The notes: generated by a model from the sequence alone, not told the origin. A DNA stretch of 64,000 nt from the human T2T-CHM13v2.0 reference genome, Homo sapiens (GCF_009914755.1 NC_060929.1); one strand, 5' to 3'. Numbered from the stretch's first letter, positions 27,974-43,608 are shown. Translations and numbers: made by a program.

Positions 27974-28469
27974 TGTAACTGAACCCAGGCTCAGCTGCTC
28001 ACCACTCAAAAGCCAAAAGTCAAGAGATAAGAGTTGGCGGGAGGAAAAGCAGGTTTATTCGGAGAGCCAGAAAACCAAGATAGTGGCCGACTAGCGTCCT
28101 AAAGCACCATCGTAAGTCAGTTCAAATTTTAGGCCTTTGTAGGTTAAGGGCAGGTGGAAAAACGGGGATTGGGAACAAAAGGGAATGACAGCTGCAGACA
28201 CCAGGGCACCAGGGAGAGTCAAAGCAGGTGGGGAAAGTATTTGTGCTTGATCAGGCAGCCGTGCTCCTATAAACCCTTAACAAAACATCGTTGTTTACAT
28301 ACTTTCCCTTTCATCCCAGAGTGAGTTTTTAGAACTCCTCGACTGCTGTTTCTGCATATGATCTCAGTGCTCTAAAATTATCCTAGCCTACATGCAGGAA
28401 TGGGGGTAGAGATCCCTTAAACAAAAGTGGAGTTCGTTATGTCAGTTCTTTTGAAGTTTCACTGTGACA
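27974..28469 (-). mobile_element. ERV1-type solo LTR (subfamily uncertain)
   Basis: tgtaactgaacccaggctcagctgctc...ggtttattcgg (minus-strand AATAAA)...cttaaacaaaagtggagtt...tgtgaca; TG...CA ends. Confidence 0.7.
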
Positions 28470-28554
28470 GCTGCCCCCGAAGACCGCTTCCCTGCCCAGG
28501 TCCTCGGAGCTCTGTGCTTTGCCCTCTTACCATTGCCATCCCCGCAGCCTGCTG

Positions 28555-28700
28555 TGTGAAGTGGGCTTCTGGGCCCAGCAGCAGCAGCCTTCCCTGAGAG
28601 CCTGTGGGAAATGCTGAGTCTCAGGCCCCGCCTCGGTCCGGAGAATCAGAACTTGAATTTATCACGGCCCCTGGCGGTCTCTGCACCTGCAGACCGTGCG
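28555..28700. mobile_element. MER5A fragment
   Basis: cagcagcagcagc...gaaatgctgagtctcaggccccgcc...gaatcagaac. Confidence 0.6.
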
Positions 28701-29147
28701 CCACACACACTGCTTCTTCCTCCACAATTTCTGAGGACACCAGCACCCACGTCATCACCCACATCCATGCTCCTGGCAAATCCCCAAGCCAGTTAAATCC
28801 AATTTCCCCAACTCTGCTCCTACGTCTGGGTAGCTGAATATAGCTAGAAAAATAGCACTTACCACGCCAGCCTCATTCAACCTCACAGCCAGGGACATCC
28901 ACTGGGCCCTGGCACTGCCCAGCACCCAACGTCATGCCTCTCCTTGCCTCAGGCTCCTGTCTCCACTGCGACTCTTCCCACTCCCAGCTGACCATCCTGC
29001 TTCTTGATTGAGAAAGAGAAAACTGACCCTGCCACAGAATTGACAACCTACTTGCATGTGTGCCCCTCCTCTGCCTTCAGTTCCCACGAAGGAGGCTGAA
29101 TTCTCTGTGTGCCACTTGTGCATGGGATCCCACCTCCTCTTTTCCTC

Positions 29148-29418
29148 TTTTTTTTTTTTTGGAGATGGAGTCTCATTCTGTCGCCCAGACTCCAGGCTGG
29201 AGTGTAGTGGCACAATCTCCGCTCACTGCAACCTCCGCCTCCCAGGTTCAAGCAATCCTCCCTGCTTCAGCTTCCCAAGTAGCTGGGATTACAGGCACCT
29301 GCCACCACGCCCAGCTAATTTTTGTATTTTTTAGTAAAGACCGGGTTTCACCATGTTGGCCAGGCTGGTCTTGAACTCCTGACCTCAGGTGATCCACCCA
29401 CCTCGGCCTCCCAAAGTG
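29148..29418 (-). mobile_element. AluSx, 5' truncated, in L2-like sequence
   Basis: Antisense Alu ending ggcctcccaaagtg; TSD ccacctcctctttt. Confidence 0.9.
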
Positions 29419-30481
29419 CCACCTCCTCTTTTACACCCAGAGACTTCACCTCACAACTGAGCCTCAGCACTGGGCAATCTGAGACTCAGTGCAGGGGTGA
29501 CTGAGCCCTGGGGCTGGGATGACTGAGTCCCAAACCTGCCCCTTCCCTTCCCTTTCCACTCCAGCTCCCTGCAGTGCAGACTTCACTGTATGCAGCAGCC
29601 ACGAGCCCTTCTCTTCCCCACTCCAGGCCACCTGGGGCACATGGTCCTTCCAGCCCAGCTCAGCCATTTGGTCCCTGAGGAAGCTGAGCACTTTTTGGTT
29701 TGGGCCCAGGTACTTCAGAATCTGACCTCCAACTCCAATGCTTTCCCCCTAGGCACAGAGGACTCTGCTCCTTCCTCTCTTTTTTCACTTCGTGGAACAT
29801 AAATGGACTCCCCCAATACTTTCATCTCCAGCCATGAAGGCTGAGGACCATCTCTTCACTCTACAAACCTCCAGGTGGCTGCTACGTGCAGGCCCCGGTG
29901 CCTCAGTCCTTGGAGGTTGTCTTTCCTTATCTTCCCACCTGTCTACTGTAGCTACTCTGGTCTTTTCCTAAGAGCTCCTAAATTGCTTCACCCTCATTGT
30001 TTTCAGGTTCCCAACTCCAAGGCTCCCAAACTCCAGTCTGAACCACCACAGTTAGCACAGTGAGTGTTTGCACTCCCACCTCACAGATTGTGGTCTCCCT
30101 GGAGTCCTCGTTGTTGGGGGGCTTCAGGTCATTTACAAGCAACCTGGGAAGAAAAGGAAGAGGGAGGCAGGAGGAGGAAAGAAACGCCAGGCAGATCCGG
30201 TGTGAGGTACATTATGACACAGAAGCATCAGCTGAATGGCTCGGGTCAGTTTCATCTTTTCTGACCCCCGTTGACTCTAGAATCATCTGCAGCAATTTTG
30301 TTGGTTGGTAACCTGAAGTTTCATTTTTCTTCTCTAAGCTCCCTGCCCAGGCCAATGCATGTGAAGGAATTTTTGCATCTGGCTTCTCTCTTGGTTTTCA
30401 CTGGTCACATTAAACATAGATGGAAGGCCGCCCACAGGCAGAGCCTAGGGCAGACACCTGCCAAATAACCACAGCTGCCGA

Positions 30482-30835
30482 GTCCCCACCCAAATCTCAT
30501 CTTGAATTGTAGCTCCCATAATTCCCACGTGTTGTGGGAGGGACCCAGTGAGAGATAATTGAATCATGGGGGCGGTTTTCCCCATACTGTTCTCATAGTA
30601 GTGAATAAGTCTCACGAGATCTGATGGTTTTATAGGGGGTTTCCCCTTTCACTTGGCTCTCATTCTCTCTTGCCTGCTGCCATGTGAGATGTGTCTTCCT
30701 TTCCCTTTGCCATGATTGTAAGTTTCCTGAGGCCTTCCCAGCCACGTGGAACTGTGAGTCAATTAAACCTCTTTCCTTTATAAATTACCCAGTCTCAGAT
30801 ATGTCTTTATCATCAGTGTGAGAACAAACTAATAT
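30482..30835 (+). mobile_element. THE1C/D MaLR LTR
   Basis: gtccccacccaaatctcatcttgaattg...ggaactgtgagtcaattaaacctctttcc...aaactaatat. Confidence 0.9.
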
Positions 30836-31904
30836 GCCAGCCTGGCCAGACCTCTGCTCCAAAGTGCATGAGAAGGAAACAAGAGAGACGAGTGAGGGCT
30901 TCTACTTTCCTGCCTCTCACAATATTTCTGTCTGTGGAAGGGGGCAGCGCCAATGAATATTGATTACTACTGAGCCTTTCCACCCCAGTAGCATCAAAGG
31001 GGATATTAGAGAAATAAGAAGATTATATCGAAAGGAAGTTCTGTTTTCCCAGGAAGAAAAGATTTTCACTTCACTTACTGGGCTTTGTTCGTAGCTGCAA
31101 TAGGGAAGGAAAACTTGCAGTTTGGAAAATGTTGGGGGAAAATTCCCTGCATGTTCCTTTAAGAGCCTCGTTTTTAATAAAAGTATTCTCTCTTTTCTTC
31201 TGCAGCTATTCTGTAAAATGTATCATCAGAGAGGAACCTATATAACCTTCACATCACCATTTTATCAGCACTCAGCATTTTTCAAAGACCTGATGGATAT
31301 AAATACTTCACAACAACTTTTTTATTGCATTCTAAGCACGAACAAGTTTCCAAAGAAATCTATGATGTCTGTGACCTCCAATGTAGCTAGAAGCGATGGG
31401 TGGAAGATGAAATGGCTTGTTCCAAGTCGTAAAGCAAGCAGCAACAAAGCTGGACTGGGGCTCCGTCCCTTCCAGGCCATTTAATCTACTGCCACTTTCA
31501 AGGTGTATTCCTGCCCAAATCTAGAAAACATCTCACACGAATGGGGAAGGCCTGAGATATGTACACTGAGCAATACTCACAGCGGAGGTGGAATGCCTTC
31601 TCCCCATCCAGCTTTCAAATGCTTGCACTCTCCCTTCAAAGCCTCGGTCTCACAATTACCTTTCAGCGGTAATTTCACAATTGTGTGTGTCCTGGCTAGG
31701 CTTGGTCTCTCTCCTCTCGCTCTGTACACCACGATTTACTTTGGAACCCATCTTAATGAAAAGGGAGGAGAATTGGAACAAGAACAGGGTGAATTCCTAC
31801 AGGCAACATGCTACACCTATAGCCCAGTGGGCTTTCTCTTCCCTCTTTTTCATCTCCCAAATCAAGTCTGTCCAAAAATTTGGTGAATGCTTCCTTTGAA
31901 AGGA

Positions 31905-32540
31905 CTGTTTAAAAACAGCCATACACTTCACCCACTTAAAGTGTACAATTCAATAGGTTTTAGTATACACAGATATGTGCAACCACAATCATTTTTAGAA
32001 CATTTCATCACCTCAGGAAAGAAATTCTTTATCTTTAGCCATGCCCCCCGCCCCTCAGCCACCCCCAGACTCCTAAGCAACCACTAATCTACTTTTGGAT
32101 CTATAGATTTTACTCTTCTGGACACGTCATATAAATGGAATCACACAATATTTGTCATTTTATGACTGGCTTCTTTCACTTAGCATAATGTTTTCCAGGT
32201 TTGTCCATATTGTAGCTCGTATCAGTATTTCATTTTTCAAGGCCAAATACTATGCCACTGTATAGGTAGACCACATTCTGTTTATACACTCATCAGGTGA
32301 TAGACACTTGCATTCCTTCCACCCTTTAGCTATTATGAATAATGCTGCTGTAACTTGTCATATGTGCAAGTTTTTGTGCAAACATATATTTTCATTTCTC
32401 TTGGGCATATACCTAGGAGGGGAACTGCTGGGCCATATGGTAACTGTGTTGAATCCTTGAAGGAGCTACCAGATGGTTTTCTGAAATGGCTTCACCATCC
32501 TACATTCCTACCAGCAGTGTATGAAGTCCGATTTCTCCAT
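31905..32540 (-). mobile_element. L1MB/MC 3' UTR fragment
   Basis: cacttaaagtgtacaattca...caaccactaatctacttt...gactggcttctttcacttagcataatg. Confidence 0.85.
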
Positions 32541-32542
32541 GA

Positions 32543-33099
<557 letters not shown>

Positions 33100-34019
33100 T
33101 AGCCCATGCCTGAGGTCCCCATGTCATGCCCCAGGGCAAGAAATTCCCAGCCTCTCAGCAGCCTCTCATGTCTTCTCAACACCCACTCGCCAAAAGTGGC
33201 CACCATCCTTACTCTCCACGGAGCTGGGGTTTCTGGCCACTGCAGCGTGCGTTCTTTGGGCTGCTTCTTTGGCTTTTCTCTGGGCCCAGGCCCTAACTGG
33301 CTCCCTTCGATGAGTCTGCTCTCCTCACCTATCAAGGGCCGCTCCCCTCATCGTTCCAGTGCACACCATTCCACATCCATGAGGAGTCACAAAACTACTC
33401 CATCAATGACCCCTCCCCTCTAAGCTCCTACTGCACCGTTGGGCTTTTTATTACATGTCCTTAAATAGTATTGCACAAATAGGTCACAGTGCCAAGATAG
33501 TTTTTGTTCTCCTGAATATCATGGTAGCCCCCTGGGAGGTAATGATGGTGTCCTGTGGATACTTTTCCCATGTCAGGGTGACAGAAAGTGGATATAGTAA
33601 TATAGTAACGTCTGCAGTGGACATTTATTGTGTTGCATTCCACTGCAATGAGCTACATGTTACAGTTGGAGCAGCTCAGCAGCTAGTGAGGCAAGCCGGT
33701 GATGATCTGGGAGACGTGCCTATATGGGAAGTATGGCGTATGGGTGTGGGAGGGGCCTGTGGTCCCAATTTCACCCTCGCATAGCGTGGTGAGGACTGAG
33801 ACCCAACATGACCACAGGCTTGGCCCAGGTTACACAGCAGGTGATTCATCCAAGGCTGAACAGCTGGTAGCCTCGGCTCACTGCCTATTCCCTGGCAGGA
33901 CGCTCAGAACACTGTGCTGGTCTCCCCCGCCAGCCCAGGAAGTCTCCATGATCCAACCAGCTGGCACATCTTGCCCAAGCCCCACTGGCCTCCTCTGTAC
34001 CAGCCAACTCACCTCCTTG

Positions 34020-34390
34020 TGAGTCCCCTAAATACACAAATTGTGTCCCTTCTCCACGCCTTTGCCCAGGCTGTGCCCTCTGCCTGGAGGGCCGTCCTTC
34101 CCGGCCTTGCGGATCTACTGTGCTTCTGGGCATCAGGGTCACCTCCTCCGAGAGGCTTCTGAACAGCCTGGCTGAAACGGCCGCTGTCTGGCTGACTCCC
34201 CGGGCTCTGCACGGTGTCTGGCATGATGTGATCTTTCTCTTGTGTGTTCACCTACTTCCCCCCGCCCCCGCCCCCATGCTGAAGGGAAGCCCCTCCACAG
34301 GAGCCCGGCCTCATCTGTGTCCCATAACCATCATATCCACAGCACCTCTCGCACCTGCATATAGCAGGTGTCAAATAAGTGATTCTATGA
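34020..34390 (+). mobile_element. L2 3' fragment
   Basis: gcctttgcccaggctgtgccctctgcctgg...gtcacctcctccgagaggc...tatccacagcacct...caaataagt. Confidence 0.65.
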
Positions 34391-34599
34391 AGGAAGCCAC
34401 TCGCACTCTGCCATCTGGAGACCTTCAGCACCGACAGCTGCAGGGATATGACTTCTTGGCAGGAATATTCCAGAAGTGAAGCAGAAAGGGCTTATGGGGA
34501 GCAGAGGAGTGGCTTGGGGAGCAGAGGAGTGGCTTGGGCCACGGCGCATGGTCACAAGGGCATGCCACAGTCCTACTGCTCATGACTTCACACAGATTA

Positions 34600-34770
34600 A
34601 CTTATTCAACATGGGCAGTGACCCTCTGTAGTACTCACCTTAGTCTCCTTTTACAAATAAGGAAACTGAGGCACAGAGGGGATTGAAACGCGACTGAATC
34701 ACACAGCAAGCAGGCAGTGTAGCCAGGTTCAAAGCCAGGTGGGCCCCTTTGCCACGAGCCTCCTCTCTGC
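34600..34770 (-). mobile_element. MIR
   Basis: ttttacaaataaggaaactgaggcacagagg...cacacagc...ggttcaaagccagg. Confidence 0.8.
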
Positions 34771-35908
34771 TGGTCTCTGCCATCTGCCTCCCTGTTTGCA
34801 AAATCAGTGAAAGCATGAAAAATAAAAAAGGCTCAGAAAGCCATCCCTGGCCTTTATTCTGATCCCAGCCAACATCATCCAATTGCACTTTCAGAACTCT
34901 GGGCCATCTTTCAGCTCTGGCCCCACAATGCGTTTTCATTTCATCGTTGGTTAAAAACAGGCATTCTGCAGTCAGCTAAAAGGAAGCCAAGGCTGAAGAC
35001 ACCTCTTTTGTCTGACACACTCACCTTGATGTCCGGGGAGAGTAGTGCACATGAGACTCCAGACCTGTGTCCAGGGCTGCACAGGGCAGAGTTGACCCTC
35101 TGGGATGCCAATGTGGAGCAGGTTTCTCTGGGTATCATCATTGGTCTTTGGGCATCAGCGGTTTTCATGACCTCTGATCAGTGTCACCACCCGGGGAACT
35201 TATGAGCATTCCCTGTCCCAGAGAACCCTGCTCCGTGGGCCTGGGCATCAGCATGTAAAGACTCCCTGGTGTGCAGTCAGGGTCAGAGGCCACAGGCTGG
35301 ACGGGCTCTCGCGCTCCCCTAACTCCCCAGTTGCAATGTTTCTACATTTTCTATCCAGAAAAATGAACGCAATTCCCAAATAGTTGCTCTGGTCTGGTAA
35401 GGGAGAGAAGTCAATAAACGTATTCAATATTTAGCCGCCATCTCCTGTGCACAGAGCCCTGTGCCACCATGGCATGGGGACAGCGGGGAACTGGGCAGAG
35501 TGACACGGCCAGTCCCGAGCAGCCACGGGCCCTGAATACCCGCACAGCTCTCCACTGCTCCCCCGCCAGTAAATGACAGTTCGTAAATAAACATTAAGAA
35601 AAGTGTCATCCCAGAGGACTTGCCAAAAATGCAGAGAAGGCACTCATCTTCCCGAGACTCAAACCCTCCAGCACCTTTGGGCTGAGTGATGCTGTCATCC
35701 TGCGAGGGTTGAGGGCGGGAGACGGGGAGGGAAAAGAAAAGGATGAGAGCAGAAAGGAGATAAGAAGGGAGGCAGGAAGTCAGTAAGGGAGGGAATGAAG
35801 GAAACAGAGGGAGGGAGAGAGGGAGGGATTTTATGAATGTTGGTTGCACGTGGAGGCCGGTTGGCATTGGGGAGGGAGAAGGGGAGAGAAGCCAAGCTGA
35901 AAGGGAGA

Positions 35909-36147
35909 TTTTTTGTTTTTTTTCGAGAAGGTCTCCCTCTGTCACTCAGCATGGAGTTCAGTGGCACAATCTCAGCTCGCTGCAACCTCTGCCTCCCAGA
36001 TTCCAGTGATTCTCATACCTCGGCCTCCCCAGTATGTAGGATTACAGGCATGCGCCACCATGCCTGGCTAATTGTTTGTATTTTTAGTGGAGATGAGGTT
36101 TTGCCATGTTGGCCAGGCTAGTCTTGAACTCCTGGCCTCCCAAAGTG
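35909..36147 (-). mobile_element. AluS, 5' truncated with internal deletion
   Basis: Antisense Alu ending ggcctcccaaagtg; TSD tgaaagggagatttt. Confidence 0.85.
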
Positions 36148-36164
36148 TGAAAGGGAGATTTTGT

Positions 36165-36166
<2 letters not shown>

Positions 36167-36198
<32 letters not shown>
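36167..36198. repeat. (CA)n microsatellite
   Basis: Directly visible. Confidence 0.9.
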
Positions 36199-36202
<4 letters not shown>

Positions 36203-36932
36203 ATAAGTATAATGTGATCACGTTTATAAATCAGTATAGAATCATACAAACCTGTGTGCACGTGTAAAAATAAGAATTCCAAGAAGGATTGAGAGAGGGA
36301 GGTAACGAGATCAGGCCTGCTGGAAGGGTCCCCACAGGGACACGTGGCCTCACACAGCTCACGAGGAAGGACTGGGGTCTCTTTAAGGCTGAAGGAGGAG
36401 ACGGCATGTCCGCCTCCCACACCAGTGAGCAGAGCAGAGTTGCACACTTAGATCTGCAGACACTCCTTGCAGCTGGGCAAGACCCACCCCGGCTCAGCCC
36501 AGCGCCTGTCCTCCTCTCTGGCTGGGAAGCTCAGTGCTGTGAATGAATCAGACTATCCAGCTTCCCCAGGAGCGCTCCTCCGCTAGAAACTTGGGCACCC
36601 ACAAGTTCTGCTTCAGTTACAGATGCCCAACAGGTACCAGATGTGTTTCCCGCTTCCAGGGTGGGACCAGGGCCCCTCACCTGGCTCGTCCTAAGACACT
36701 TGGGGAGAGCTTGGCTCCTTTTCAGATCCAGGGGGTGGGAGAGGAGCCCAGGAACGCCAGATCTCCTAGGGGCAGCCGGGCCACATTGCCCCACACAGAA
36801 CATCAGACATGGAAAACATGAATATACAAATTTCCATGGAAGAGATTGGGCTGTACTGAAAAAAGCCCCACACAGCTTTCGGAATTGTCTTTCTCATTCT
36901 CCATTTCATTCATTTAAGTTTTATATTAATCT

Positions 36933-38540
<1,608 letters not shown>

Positions 38541-40499
38541 TTTCCCTGCCTGGGGAGTTTGGGGAGTGAGTCAGCACCTAGACCAGCTCCCTAAGCCTTC
38601 CAACCTGCATCTGCCATCTCCCTCTCATTCGCTGCAGGCTCTGGGTCTTGGCAAGCTGGCTGTCTAGACACTAGGGCTTTGGCCAAGATGAGCCCTTCAG
38701 AAACTGTTTTTCCAAAAGAGCTTGTGGCGTTCTTGGCAAAGATGAAAAAGAATGGCCTTTCTGCAGCACAGCTCAGAAATGCTCCGAAGAGCAATTGACA
38801 TTGCAAACTCATTTCCAAGGGCTTCCCTCCAGAAGTCTTCAGAAGCTGGGTTTCCCTGGGAACCGTGCCTTGGCCTAGACAGTCCATGATGGCAACAAAT
38901 TGAAGAGGTGAAACCTACCTGGCTGCCAAACTTCCTCCATGACTGGTGCTGCACAAATAGACAGGGATGTTCTCAGGGGGCATCAGCTGCATCACGGTCC
39001 TTGGGCTGAAGCTCCCAACCTACAATAGCTTGGGCAGGCATCTGGTGGCATTCATGGGGGAACATGGCAAGCCTTGTTGCTCCTCCAAGGGGCTGCTCAC
39101 GATGGAGTCAGCACCTCTCCCTCCCAGCTGCAGGGGCACCGGAAACACTCACTTTTTCATAGGACACTGTGTTGCCTCCTATGAAGTTGGGTGTCCATTT
39201 GTAAGGAAGGTGAGTACATGCTGCACAGGCTTGTGGCAGTGTCTGCCCTGCCCATGAAGAGGCCCCCTCAGAAGGAGATGGGGACCCCTGATACTGCAAT
39301 GGGGGCCAGGGGCACTGGGCTGCATGAGCTAAGGAGTGAATGTGGCCAGGAAGGGTGGGTGAAAAAGCAGGTGATGCTCTCATGTTGCCAGGAGAAGAAG
39401 AGCAAGAGCTCGAGGACAGGGAGAAGGATTTGTCTTCTTAGGATGGTGAGGAGTGGGCACTGTAACTTGGTGAGGGGAGGAAGCCGGGGGAAGATCCTTC
39501 AAAAGGGTTTGGGGAGGTGGAACATTGATGAGTAAAACCCTGAGGACAGTGAGGCTGTTAAGCCCACACCCCAGAAGACAGCGGGTGGCTGGGGAGGACC
39601 GAAGGTGTGGCCCACCTGCCTCCAGTTCCTGCCTGAGGAAGGGGTGAGTGCTGCTGAGTCACGTAGAGCTGGAGCCCCTTCCCGGTCTGTCCTATGCAAC
39701 CTTGGCTTGGTGGGGCTTGTTCTGGGCCCTGAGGAGTCCAGCTTCAGGTCAAAACCCTACGTGTGCTCTTACAGGCCCAACCACAGGCAGTGACAAGGCT
39801 TCACCAGGAGCCTCCTGGGGGCAGCTGCCCTCTGCTTGTGGAGCTTGGTGCACAGTAAGTGCATTGCATTCTCCTGGGGTTCACTGCAACCAAGGATTCA
39901 AGCCCCCGGGGCCAGAGGCACTCACACACAGACCCAAATTCCAAATCCTTGACCGAGCTCCTCCACCCAAAACCTCCTCCTAAGAGACCTCAGCTGAGGC
40001 ACTTTCTCCAGGCTGACTCGGAACTTTTCCACTCCTACCCCTTCCCCTCCCTTCTTCGGATGCCAGGTCCATAAAGAGAGAGGAGTCCTTAGTGTGGGGT
40101 CCCTGGGCCGTGAGAAAATTTCCCCATCTGTGCTGGTCCCCCTGACCCTCACCTGGTGCATTTCTTGGGGGAAAAAAATGAACCCCAGGAGCCTGTGCCT
40201 GTCACAGTAAGTGCATAAAGGATTGGTGGTCACTTTCACTGTAGCTTATTGTCTTAACTGACCTCCTCAACACCCAATTGCATGACAGTCTCCTTGTTCC
40301 TACTGTCAACTAGGGGCCTCTGACCTCTCAGCAGGAGACAGGTGAAAGAGCTGGAGAGAAGGTGACTAGGAACCAGCCTCAAAAGGGGCAGGTGTGGCAG
40401 CTAACAGCCATGCCAGGCATTCAAGATGCTCAGCAGACAGAAGCAGAGGCCCCCTCACTGCCCACTTCAGAGCCACTTCCCACCTGAGACCTCATGGAA

Positions 40500-40970
40500 A
40501 TGCTCATTCCCTGGAGTGCACTTATTTCCTTCCTTCTGTGTTCACTTCCTGTCAAGGGAGCCATGGCATGACCTCTAGGGCCAGTTTTTAAGCCCAGGCC
40601 TTAAAAAAAACAGGATTCCTTTTCCAGTACCTTGGGACCCAGCAGCCATGCTGTGAAAAAGCCCAGGCTACATGGAGAGGCCACGCGGAAGTTCTCTGGA
40701 CAACAGCCTCAGCTGAGGTCCTAACTAACAGCCAGCACCAGCCACCAGACGTGCAAGTGAGGAAGCCTTTGAGACGGTGCTTGCCCGTAATTATCATGTG
40801 ATTGTAATCACGGAAGAGACCCCAAGCAGGGCCCAGCCAGCTGAGCTCAGTGAACTCCCTAAAGGAGGAGGAAGGGGAATAATATGAGTAAAAATAATGA
40901 TAAAATTATTGTTTTGCTTTAAGTCACTAAGTTTGGAGTGATGAGATATTCAGCAATAAGAAGTGGTACA
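40500..40970 (+). mobile_element. MLT1G/H-type LTR
   Basis: gccatgctgtgaaaaagccca...cagccagcaccagccaccagac...gctttaagtcactaagtttggagtg. Confidence 0.7.
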
Positions 40971-42725
40971 AATGGTAGACTAATAAGCATTGTTGAAACT
41001 GAAATAGAGTTCATCACTTGTCCCTCTTTGAATAAGACTACTCAGGCATTCCACTTTCATACAAATAGGTTGTACCTCTTCTTAGGAAAACCACTCTACT
41101 CTTTTATAAAAAATCACTTTGAATCTCTTTTGAGAGATACCACTAGGTATCACCAATATTGTGTGCTAGAGTGGAAAGAAGTTAGACCATTTAAAAAGTC
41201 TTTAAATTTTAAAATGTCCATTTGCAAATATGCCCTAAAGGCCACTCATAATAAATATCTAAGTGAGACTATTCACTTTGTTCATTAATACAGTATTTTC
41301 CATCAGATTCTTTCTTTGAGCAACATAAAACTGTTTGCTCAAGGACCGAATATTTGAGCATGAACAGGGTTGCTTTAATAATTAATCATTAAATAACTTC
41401 AATATAGAATGTAAGTCAGAGTGAAACATACACGAATACAAACGAACTAGGTTAATAGCATCACTGTGGAAAAGACCTCCTGATGCCGAGAAGGTTAATG
41501 TTTGCATGGCAAGAAGTCAGTCACCTCAAAAACCCTTAAAGAGGGTCAGAACGTGTCACCCAATGCCAGGGAACAGGCAAAGTGCAGCTTAATTTTATGG
41601 AAAGGAACTTCTTTGCATGTCAGCAGTCTCTTCCTCAAACGGTGAGCATTTACAGAGCAAGAGCACTGGGCCTCAACTATAACAAGTCCTTGATAATGCA
41701 ATGTTCCTTCTTGTTGCCAGAAAGACAAAATTACAAGAGTTTCAAGGAAGTTGTTGACAGCTGCATGCTTTGTCTAGATTCTCTATCTAAACTTAGGAGT
41801 AGCATGGAACAAAAGATGTGTTTGCTTGGGGTGGAGATCATCAAGATTGTTTAAAAGACTTACATAGCATTATATTGCAAGACCTTTAAAGCTTTTGTCA
41901 TACACCCCATGAATCAAGAGTGGCTGTCAATCTTGGAAGATGTATTTTGAAAGTAAAGCCAGTTCACCAGATTAATAAACATTGCATCATTTACTGCTAA
42001 ACTTCTTGACAGCTCTATTAAAATAAGGGGCTTTTTTTCTGTTTATTCTTCTTTTTTTTTTAATTGGACCTCAGATGCACAGAATTGGGTAGACATAATC
42101 CTTAATTCAGGTTATGATATCATCATTGGTTCATTATTATTCTCTTTGGTATGTGCATCTGTCTATCCGTATTATATAATGAACATTCTTGAACCCACCA
42201 GCCAACCTAAGAATGAGAACATTGCAGATATTCACACCCATTGATCACTTAACCTCTTTACCCAGAGGCAACCACTATCTTGAATTTGGGGATTATTATT
42301 TCTTTTCTTTTTATTTAAAAAAAGCATTATGATATACATATATATGCTTAAGCATATTTTGTTTAGCTGTGCATTTTCAAAAACATATATCCTAGCCAGA
42401 GCATTTAGGCAAGAAAAGGAAATAAAAGGCATCTACATCGGAAAGAAAGAAGTAAAGTTATCTGTTTTTGCAAATGACACAATCTTATATGAAGAAAACC
42501 CTAATGACTGTGCACACACACACACACACACACACAAACTGCTAGTACTAATAAACAAATTTATTACAGAATACATAATCAACATACAAAAATCAGTTGA
42601 ATGTCTATACATTTACCGTAAACTATCTGAAAAGGAAATTTAGAAAATTCCATTTACAATAGCACCAAAAAAGAATACAACACTTGAAATAAACATAACA
42701 AAGAAGGTAAAAGACTTGTACATTA

Positions 42726-43050
<325 letters not shown>

Positions 43051-43608
43051 CTATAAAACCCTGATGAAAGAAATTAAAGAAAAGACCAAATAAATGGGCA
43101 GGAATTTCATGTTCATGGGTTGAAAGGTTTAATATTGCTAAAACATGTATCCTACCCTAAACGATCTGCAAATTCAGTGCAACCCTGTGGACATACCAAT
43201 GGTATTTTTTACAGAAATAGAAAAAAAAATTATAAATTCATTTGGAACAACAAAGGATCTTGAATAGCCAAAACAATCTTGAGAAAGAACAAAGTTGGCA
43301 TCACACTTCCTAATTTCAAAATATATTACAAAGTTACAGTAGTTAAAACAGTATAGTACTGGCATAAAGACAGACATATAAATCAGTGGAACAGAGTAGA
43401 GAATCCCAAATAAACTCCACCTATACAGTCAACTGATCTTTGTCAAGAGTGTCCAAACTATACAATGGAGAAAGAATAGTCTCTTCAACAAATGTGCTGG
43501 GAAAACTGCATAACTCAATGAAGAAGAATGAAATTAAACCATTGTCTTACTCCATTAAAAAAATCAATTCAAAATGAACTTAAGACTTAAATGTAAGACA
43601 TGGAATTA

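Noticed and set aside
34496-34538. 20-bp tandem duplication (also an 18-bp one at ~1048-1086)
   Set aside because: Ordinary slippage micro-duplications
39155-39185. 9-bp inverted repeat ttcatagga...tcctatgaa (also ttgagcaa...ttgctcaa at ~41316-41342)
   Set aside because: Stems this short are expected by chance in 64 kb
39851-40216. Two cacagtaagtgcat motifs resembling splice donors
   Set aside because: They match the common MIR/L2 3'-end motif, and no coherent exon chain could be built
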